NCBI GenBank assembly: GCA_036507075.1
Contig: DASXQR010000090.1
Location: forward strand, 1 to 12,762
Source of the DNA: Acidobacteriota bacterium
GTDB lineage: Bacteria; Acidobacteriota; UBA6911; JACQSX01
Direction of reading: 5' to 3'
DNA length: 12,762 nt
This document shows positions 5,977 to 12,762 of this stretch, piece after piece. Under the pieces are notes generated by a model. The model saw only the letters and a program-made list of their open reading frames with translations, ran no database searches and was not told the origin of the DNA. The stretch's first letter is position 1. Every line of letters starts with the position of its first letter. The position numbers and the translations under genes were made by a program.

Positions 5977-8900
5977 ATGAAATCCCAACGTTTGGCTTCT
6001 CTTCTCCTTATTCTTTGGATGACCGCAGCGCTCACGGCCGAGGCATGGGCGCAGACGGGAACCGGCGATGTGCAGGGCACGGTCAAAGATACGTCGGGCG
6101 CAGTTGTGATCGGAGCGACTGTGGCGATTACTCAGGCGCAGACCGCCCGGCGCCAGGAGACGGTGACAAACAGCGCCGGATTTTTCCTGATTCCCTTATT
6201 GCAGCCGGGAGGATACAAGATTTCTGTGGAAGCGCCAGGCATGCAGCCCTGGCAGGGAGAGCTCACGCTGCAGGTGGGACAAAATGCAGTGGTCGATCCG
6301 GTGCTGAACGTTGCCGCAAACGTAACTCAAATTCAGGTGGTGGGGGACGTGACCCCGCTGGTGACAACCACCAGCGCCACACTGGGCAATGTGGTCGAAC
6401 GCGCGCGCATCGATCAGTTGCCCCTGAACGGGCGTTTTTTCCAGACGCTGGTGCAGGCTACCACGCCCGGGCTGGAAGGCGCATCGAGCAGCCCTCGTGT
6501 CTTCGGCTTAAGACCGACCTCGATGGAGTTTCTGCAGGACGGGGCAGTGCTTACCAATCGCGATACCGGCGAGCTTTCGGGCCGGCCTCCGGGATTGGAT
6601 ACGATCGAGGAGTTTCGAGTGGAGACCAGCAACTCTTCGGCGAAAATGAACCGCCCGGCCGCCACGATTATTTCAACCAAGAGCGGGTCGAACGGAATTC
6701 ACGGCGCCGTATTCGAGACGCACCGCAACAATTCGTTTGGTGTGGCACGCCGGCGGCAGGACTTTTATGACAAGCCGCCGCACCTGGTGCGCAACGAGTT
6801 CGGGGCATCGCTCGGCGGGCCGGTTTATCTGCCAAAACTTTACAGCGGCACGAACCGCACCTTCTTCTTTTTCGCTTTCGAAGCCTACCGCAATTTTTCG
6901 GCAAATACGACCAGCACCAGCATGCCGACGATGGCGATGCGCCGCGGAGACTTCAGCGGGCTGGTGGACAGCGCCGGGCGGCGCATTACCCTCTATGATC
7001 CCTGGACCACCGATCCTAAGACCTGGCAGCGGCAGCCATTTCCCAACAACGTCATTCCGATCCAGCGCCAGAGCCCGCTGGCGAAATACTTTTACAGCGT
7101 CACACCGGAACCGACGCTCCCGGATGTCAATCCTCTAGTGGCCAGTAATTATTTCGGCCCGGCTGTATCTATTCGCCTGGACCATACCGAAACGCTGCGC
7201 CTGGATCATAAACTGAGCGACCGGGATCAATTCTTCGCGCGGCTTACCTATGGGAATCGCTGGGCCAAGAACCGATCGGGTGAAAACGGCTCGCCCACCA
7301 TGCTCGACGAAGCGGGCAACGTGACGTTTCGTCCGGTAAAAGATCGCAGCGCCGTCGCGTCATGGACTCACACCCTCTCTCCAACTTTTTTCAGCGAAAC
7401 GCTTGGTTCGGCCTCTTACGAGAACCTGTCGCTCTATGTAGGCACGGATCACATCAATCATGCCGACCGACTAGGGATGCCCAACCCCTTTCACGAGACG
7501 GGGCTTCCAAACTTCAGCAGCACCGGCTTCGGCATGGTGTATTCCTACGCCGACAACAAGCGAACCAACATTACGCAGGTTTACAGCCTCGATCAGAACT
7601 TTACAAAAATTCTGGGAAGGCATGAGCTTCAGTTCGGCGGGCGTTTTCGCCACGAGAGACTGCATGTGCTTCCCGATCAGCAGCAGGTGCAGGGAAATCA
7701 CAGCTTCTCCAGCCTGGCCACGGCACTCTATGATCCCAACTCCGGATCGGCCTACAACGCCTTGCCGCGGACGGGTCATGACAGCGCGAACCTGTTCCTC
7801 GGAGTTGTCGGTTCCTATTCTGCGCAGTTTGTGCGCAAGTGGTACCAGCTTCGCGCGCGGGAGTATGCCGGGTACTTCCAGGACAATTTCAAATTGAATT
7901 CCCGGCTCACGCTGAACATGGGCCTGCGATGGGAGTTCTACCCTGCGATTCGGGAACGGAACAATATCCTTACAGGATTCGACCTGCAATCCAAATCAAT
8001 CATCAATGGCGTATCGCTTGAGAAGATGTACCAGTTGGGAGTGACTAATCCGGCCATCGTTTCGAATTTCACAAGCATCGGCGTCAAGTTCATTACTCCC
8101 GACCAGACAGGATTGCCGAACACGCTGATCTATTCCAATCCGCGTGATTTTGGGCCTCGCGCGGGCTTTGCCTATCGACTCACGAATGGGCGAAACTTCA
8201 CCGTGTTGAGAGGTGGCTACTCGCTGTACGCATTTCCGATCCCGCTGCGTACGTTCAACGCGCGGATGCGCCAGAATGCGCCGACCAACGCGCGTTTCAC
8301 ACAGTCGTTAACCAGCGCTGCTCAGAGTCCTGATGGCCTGCCAAATTATGGTTTGCGCTCGATCCCGACCATCATTGCCGGGGTAAACAGTCGAGATATG
8401 CTGGATCCCAGCCAGCCGGGCGGCGTTACACGCGGCTCTTTTCTCACCAGCTTCTTTGATCCTCATCAGCCCAGCACGCGCGCGCATGAGTGGAACCTCA
8501 CAGTGGAGAGGCAGATCCTGGACGGCATGGTCATTCGCGCCGGTTATATCGGCACGCACGGCAGCAAGCTCGACCAGTTTTACACGTTCAACGAGCAGCC
8601 GAACAACTATGTCTGGTTTGTGAATACCGGACTTCCGCTGCCGACCGGTGAGTTTTCCGGTGTGGCGCGCCGGAATTTCGATCGTGTCACTTATGGCAAT
8701 ATCGAGATGTACAGCAAGACCGGCTGGTCGAATTTCAACGGCATGCAGCTTGAAGTCCAGCGCCGCTATGCGCGCGGCTACGCTTTCCAATTCTTCTATG
8801 TGTTAAGCAACGCATTTCGGGCGGGGGGAAACGGGTGGAGCGACGACTTTGTCCAGGAGCCGAATATGTTTCTCAGCGGCGCGCTTCCGTCCGATTTGAA

Positions 8901-9663
8901 GCAGCGCAACCGGCTGCTGAACTACCGGCGCGACCCGGAGATTCCGAAGCATCGAATGCGCTGGAACTGGATTGTCGACCTTCCTTTCGGGCGCGGCCGC
9001 CGCTTCGGCGGAGACGCCGGGGGGGTTCTCGATCGGATAATCGGCGGCTGGCAAATTGCCGGATTCGGCGGCATGAGAAGCAACTACTGGCAATTGCCGA
9101 CGGGCAATTGGGGCGAGCTGGGAAAAATCGAAATCTATGGGAAGAAGTATCCGATTCAGGATTGCCGCAGCGGCAGGTGCATTAACGGATATCTCTGGTA
9201 CAACGGCTACATTCCGGCCCACCGGATCAACAGCGTCAACGCCCAGGGCCAGCCAAACGGTGTAATGGGTGTGCCGGCCAGTTACCATCCTTCTTCGCAG
9301 CCGGTGATTCCGACTCCGGCAAACGGGGGGAGCTCTAGCGACCCGAATTTCAATTTTTACGAAACGCAGTCCGTCCTGGTCAGACTGCAAAACGGGTCAT
9401 TGCAGCGGACCAATCTCGATACCAATCTGCATCCCTGGCGCAATCAAGTCCTGCCCGGACCGCGGAGCTGGAGTCTGGATGCATCGCTCTTCAAGAATAT
9501 TCCGATCAACGAACGACTGGCGCTGCGCTTTAATGCAGATCTTTTCAACGTTCTGAATATGCCCGGCCTCAACCTGCCGAATTCTACAAGCGGAATTGTG
9601 AGCCTGCAGGACTCGGCCAGTGAAGCCAGGCAGTTGCAGTTGACTCTGAGATTGACCTGGTGA
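5977..9663 (+). CDS. TonB-dependent receptor, Oar-like, with N-terminal carboxypeptidase-regulatory-like domain
   Basis: Signal peptide MKSQRLASLLLILWMTAALTAEAWA-Q after a G-rich RBS (preferred to ATG 5938). Motifs: GDVQGTVKDTSGAVVIGATV, IDQLPLNGR, EEFRVET, TKSGSN, RNEFGASLGGP, YFQDNFKLNSRLTLNMGLRWE, GPRAGFAY, C-terminal QLQLTLRLTW. Confidence 0.95.
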   Translation: MKSQRLASLLLILWMTAALTAEAWAQTGTGDVQGTVKDTSGAVVIGATVAITQAQTARRQETVTNSAGFFLIPLLQPGGYKISVEAPGMQPWQGELTLQVGQNAVVDPVLNVAANVTQIQVVGDVTPLVTTTSATLGNVVERARIDQLPLNGRFFQTLVQATTPGLEGASSSPRVFGLRPTSMEFLQDGAVLTNRDTGELSGRPPGLDTIEEFRVETSNSSAKMNRPAATIISTKSGSNGIHGAVFETHRNNSFGVARRRQDFYDKPPHLVRNEFGASLGGPVYLPKLYSGTNRTFFFFAFEAYRNFSANTTSTSMPTMAMRRGDFSGLVDSAGRRITLYDPWTTDPKTWQRQPFPNNVIPIQRQSPLAKYFYSVTPEPTLPDVNPLVASNYFGPAVSIRLDHTETLRLDHKLSDRDQFFARLTYGNRWAKNRSGENGSPTMLDEAGNVTFRPVKDRSAVASWTHTLSPTFFSETLGSASYENLSLYVGTDHINHADRLGMPNPFHETGLPNFSSTGFGMVYSYADNKRTNITQVYSLDQNFTKILGRHELQFGGRFRHERLHVLPDQQQVQGNHSFSSLATALYDPNSGSAYNALPRTGHDSANLFLGVVGSYSAQFVRKWYQLRAREYAGYFQDNFKLNSRLTLNMGLRWEFYPAIRERNNILTGFDLQSKSIINGVSLEKMYQLGVTNPAIVSNFTSIGVKFITPDQTGLPNTLIYSNPRDFGPRAGFAYRLTNGRNFTVLRGGYSLYAFPIPLRTFNARMRQNAPTNARFTQSLTSAAQSPDGLPNYGLRSIPTIIAGVNSRDMLDPSQPGGVTRGSFLTSFFDPHQPSTRAHEWNLTVERQILDGMVIRAGYIGTHGSKLDQFYTFNEQPNNYVWFVNTGLPLPTGEFSGVARRNFDRVTYGNIEMYSKTGWSNFNGMQLEVQRRYARGYAFQFFYVLSNAFRAGGNGWSDDFVQEPNMFLSGALPSDLKQRNRLLNYRRDPEIPKHRMRWNWIVDLPFGRGRRFGGDAGGVLDRIIGGWQIAGFGGMRSNYWQLPTGNWGELGKIEIYGKKYPIQDCRSGRCINGYLWYNGYIPAHRINSVNAQGQPNGVMGVPASYHPSSQPVIPTPANGGSSSDPNFNFYETQSVLVRLQNGSLQRTNLDTNLHPWRNQVLPGPRSWSLDASLFKNIPINERLALRFNADLFNVLNMPGLNLPNSTSGIVSLQDSASEARQLQLTLRLTW

Positions 9664-9732
9664 CCCGGCTTTAGTACCTGAACTGCAGTAGTAGAGCACT
9701 CAACTCCGCCGCCGTCAGAGCCTCGCGCGTAA

Positions 9733-9858
9733 GGGCGTGTGAAAAAATCGACGCCACCGGGGCAAGCCCGGTGGCGTCGGTTTCTCCGACAGGCTCCTAG
9801 TGAAGAATCGCCTTCACCACCGGGGCAAGCCCGGTGGCGTCGATTTTTTCACACGTTC
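9733..9858. mobile_element. 126-bp MITE-like element with 26-bp perfect inverted repeats, flanked by TAA on both sides
   Basis: CGTGTGAAAAAATCGACGCCACCGGG (9736-9761) is the reverse complement of 9830-9855. TAA at 9730-9732 and 9859-9861. Two identical 26-bp hairpin units CCACCGGGGCAAGCCCGGTGGCGTCG at 9754-9779 and 9817-9842. Confidence 0.7.
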
Positions 9859-9952
9859 TAAACACGGGGGCCCGCCGGACTGACAATATCCCGCGGGCTT
9901 ACATCGGCGTGCCCGGCTGCTGCCGCAACCGGCTCTGCCATTGGTGAAAATT

Positions 9953-12520
9953 CTACTTCGCTTGACTGGGAGATCCTTCTGTCGCCAGCCGTTGATAGAT
10001 CTGCCGCGCCTCTCTGAATTGGCCGAGTACGTGCGCCTTTTCTTTGTCTGAGCGCCAACCGGGGTGTGCTTCCGCCAGTACAATGAGCTGATCAATCCAG
10101 CGCATGAAGTACTGTGCCGACTCGCTTGATCGCACTCCATGGACACCAACGGTAATCCAGATGGGATTCGTTGTGGCCTGCGGAAATCCGTCGTCAAAAG
10201 GATGGGCGGCTCCCGACCCGGAGGCCTGCAAGGTAATCCAGCAACTGTCATGAATCTCAAGCTCCCGGGTAAACTCCACCTGCTTTCCACGGCGCTGCCT
10301 GTTGAGATTGAAAACTTCCATCGATTTGCCGTTTCGTACCAGCTCTGCTGCGTCCAGAGGCACGATGGATTCCACTTTTCCGTAGATTCGAACCTTTCCT
10401 CCCGCTGCAGGAAGGCGAATTTCTCCGCCAGGGATTTGATCATTCACTTTGAGCTCTAAGAGAGGACCGTTGGTCACCAGCGCGCGCCCTTTGCGAATGG
10501 CTTCGATCCAGCCCTCCCAGGTCAACCGGTCCCCCAGATAAGCATAGGCGCGATCCTGCCCCACGATGGCCGTGTAGTGCAGGCTGCTGATTGAGTCTTC
10601 TCCTCCTACCGCAGGAATCCTGAATCCGTTGTTGAGCGCATGATGCCACACGCGGTAGCCGGCCCAATTGGCGCGCGACATCAGCTCATGGTAGTCGATC
10701 GTCTGCAGCGCCAGGTCGACGGGAAAAGCTTTGGCGACTCCAAGATTCGACTCGAGCGGATCGATATTGCCGGAGAACGGATGGACGTATGCGCCCAGCC
10801 CACCCTGCTCGCGCGCCATTCTGAAAACATCCGTATTGCTTGGATACAGGCTCTCAATGGCGGTTCCCTCGTAGCCGGTGGTGAAAGGGGAAATCAGGTG
10901 GCGGGTCAAATTAATCAGGGATATGTGGCCGTAGAAGGGAGGGCGGTACTCTTCATTGAAGTACAGCAGACGCCGCGCGCCGGAAAGGGGGTGCGGTTTG
11001 CCTGTGAAGAACTGATAATCAAGGATGCGATTGTCCTTATTGGCAATCAACTCGCCGACGACGCTCAGATCTTCCGCGTCACCCATGAACATGAGATTTT
11101 CAGGCGTGTTGTGCAAATTGCCCGCGTAATTCATGTGCACGTGATTGCTGCCGCTGTACCAGCCGCGGGCCTTCATGTCGGTCATTCTTTCCAGCCGCAG
11201 TGTTACCGTCGAAACCCGATCTGCCGCAGCCGTAATTTTTTGTGTTGCCGGGTAATACTCGAAACCCTTCACAGCCTCGAGGAGCAAGTAGCCCTCGGGC
11301 ACAACCAGCTCAAAAGTTCCCGCCGCATGAAAGAAGTGTTCTCCTAATCTCCCGATGCGGTGGTAAGCGCCATCGGGCGCGTAGGTTTTCCCGTCGCCAG
11401 CCCTGGCATAGACGCGTGCTGCAAGGGTGCTTCCGCCGGCTACATCTTCAACACGCACCCGCACACGCGCCATCGGTCTGGCCCAGCGGCGCGATGTGAT
11501 CGCCAGCTTTTTCTGCAGGCCGCCGTAGGTCTTAAGCAGACGCAATTGCGGCAGGCCTTCTTCATTTGAGATGAACACAATCCACTCGCCATCCGGAGAC
11601 CAGCGCGGGTGAAAACTGTCCCACTCCGCAAACGTCAGCTTGTAAGGCTCACCTCCCTGGACGGGAAGAACAAACAGGTTGTTGAACTGGCCGCCCAGAT
11701 GAGAGCTGTAGATAATCCGCTTACCATCATGGGACCAGTGCGGGCGCGTGCGGTAAAGCGTTTCCTCTTTATGTATTCTCCGTGCCTTGTCTATTCCGTT
11801 CGGTTCGACAGGCATGCGCCAGATTGCTCCCGAACCGAGTGATATGTCGCGGTTGCTGACAAAAATAATTTCTTTGCCGTCGGGCGACCAGGTGGGTTGA
11901 ATGTGCAGGTCATAATTGCCAAAATAGAGGCGGTCTTTTCCGTAAGGGTGATCTCGCGTCAATTGGATTGTCTCGCCAGGCTTGCCGTCGCGCACGTCCG
12001 TCACAAAAATATTGAAGTAGCCGTTCGGGCGCGTAGAAACAAAAGCGAGGCGTGAGCTGTCCGGCGACCAGGCAGGGTCGATGTTCAGATCCGTGCCGGT
12101 GGTGAGATCGACTGATTTGCCCGTCGATGTATCGAGAAGCTTCAGGTTGATGCGCTTATTGGTGTCATCTGCCGTGTACGCAATCCACCGGCCGTCGGGC
12201 GACCACTCGGGGGAAGACAGATATTCATTCCCATACGTGATTTCGTGAGCGACAGAATCATTCGGACGCATCTTCCACAACGAACCTTGCATAGAAAACG
12301 CAATCCATTGGCCGTCGGGCGACCAGGAAGGCCACCAGGGAGTGCTCGCTCCGGCAGGCGGCAGATAGTAGTTGAACATGTAGACGCCCCCGGTCTTTGC
12401 CGCGGGATAGAGCCTGGCAGGCTCTTCGGGAAGAATGTAACGCGCCACTCTGTCCTGCCCATGGATCAGGGCAACGATCCAAAAGAGCGAAGACAGAATG
12501 AGCAGATGTCCTTTCACCAT
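9953..12520 (-). CDS. Secreted TolB-like PD40 beta-propeller fused to a CehA/McbA-family (PHP-like) metallohydrolase
   Basis: Signal peptide MVKGHLLILSSLFWIVALIHG-Q with AAGGA RBS. Six PxWSxD repeats (PSWSPDG, PEWSPDG, PAWSPDS, PTWSPDG, PHWSHDG, PRWSPDG). C-terminal WYSGSNHVH, NEEYR, GHI, YVHP, GGEDS, GRALVTNGP. Confidence 0.85.
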   Translation of the reverse strand: MVKGHLLILSSLFWIVALIHGQDRVARYILPEEPARLYPAAKTGGVYMFNYYLPPAGASTPWWPSWSPDGQWIAFSMQGSLWKMRPNDSVAHEITYGNEYLSSPEWSPDGRWIAYTADDTNKRINLKLLDTSTGKSVDLTTGTDLNIDPAWSPDSSRLAFVSTRPNGYFNIFVTDVRDGKPGETIQLTRDHPYGKDRLYFGNYDLHIQPTWSPDGKEIIFVSNRDISLGSGAIWRMPVEPNGIDKARRIHKEETLYRTRPHWSHDGKRIIYSSHLGGQFNNLFVLPVQGGEPYKLTFAEWDSFHPRWSPDGEWIVFISNEEGLPQLRLLKTYGGLQKKLAITSRRWARPMARVRVRVEDVAGGSTLAARVYARAGDGKTYAPDGAYHRIGRLGEHFFHAAGTFELVVPEGYLLLEAVKGFEYYPATQKITAAADRVSTVTLRLERMTDMKARGWYSGSNHVHMNYAGNLHNTPENLMFMGDAEDLSVVGELIANKDNRILDYQFFTGKPHPLSGARRLLYFNEEYRPPFYGHISLINLTRHLISPFTTGYEGTAIESLYPSNTDVFRMAREQGGLGAYVHPFSGNIDPLESNLGVAKAFPVDLALQTIDYHELMSRANWAGYRVWHHALNNGFRIPAVGGEDSISSLHYTAIVGQDRAYAYLGDRLTWEGWIEAIRKGRALVTNGPLLELKVNDQIPGGEIRLPAAGGKVRIYGKVESIVPLDAAELVRNGKSMEVFNLNRQRRGKQVEFTRELEIHDSCWITLQASGSGAAHPFDDGFPQATTNPIWITVGVHGVRSSESAQYFMRWIDQLIVLAEAHPGWRSDKEKAHVLGQFREARQIYQRLATEGSPSQAK

Positions 12521-12586
12521 TGTTCACATCCTTCCAGCGCGGAATTTGCCATGCCGCTCAGCGGTGGGATTGTTTTACTTGCACAC

Positions 12587-12753
12587 TGTCAGAGCGCGAA
12601 CGAAGTGAGCGGCCCTGCCAAATTAGCTCGACTCACCAACATGGGCTACGCCCTCACAGCCGCCGAAAACCTGATATTTTCATTTGTGGCGGATATGAGG
12701 ATGGTATCAGATCGCCACATTACGGGGCCCCTCGCTTCATTCGGGCTCTGACA
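12587..12753. repeat. REP-like pair of 29-bp inverted repeats (12587-12615 and 12725-12753) around a 109-bp spacer
   Basis: TGTCAGAGCGCGAACGAAGTGAGCGGCCC versus the reverse complement of the right arm, TGTCAGAGCCCGAATGAAGCGAGGGGCCC: 25/29 identical. Confidence 0.9.
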
Positions 12754-12762
12754 TGCGTGGTG

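Noticed and set aside
5320..5988. Short ORFs 5320-5502, 5558-5791, 5590-5898, 5773-5988
   Set aside because: Translations of palindromic repeats. The shared WLWPYGHC peptide simply reflects the 24-bp inverted repeat. No recognisable domains.
9749..9848. Simple rho-independent terminator
   Set aside because: The hairpins with T/A tracts could terminate transcription, but the duplicated unit, 26-bp IRs and TAA flanks are better explained as a MITE-like element, so it is not called separately.
238..12751. Numerous antisense or alternate-frame ORFs overlapping the five genes (e.g. 682-1323, 6015-6770, 8803-9390, 9814-10443, 10640-11347, 12245-12751)
   Set aside because: Expected shadow ORFs in GC-rich coding DNA; no motifs or independent start signals.

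Overview
GC-rich bacterial window, most likely Acidobacteria (inferred from the Oar-type TonB-dependent receptors). It holds five credible genes: the 3' part of a TonB-dependent receptor (<1..1521 +), a secreted DUF4091/GH123-like putative glycosidase (~1671..3461 +), a Tat-signal enolase-superfamily ManD/RspA-like acid-sugar dehydratase (3687..5045 -), a complete Oar-like TonB-dependent receptor (~5977..9663 +), and a secreted PD40 beta-propeller + CehA/McbA-like metallohydrolase (9953..12520 -). The most unusual content is non-coding. All five intergenic or terminal gaps contain palindromic or short-period repeat elements, several apparently inserted inside one another, and no transposase is encoded in the window. 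The 5046..5976 gap is a nest of at least five element types: hairpin+CAACCAA units, 7-mer arrays, 6-mer arrays, a 24-bp-TIR element and a multi-hairpin REP-like element. All protein calls come from motif recognition by eye; no database searches were run.
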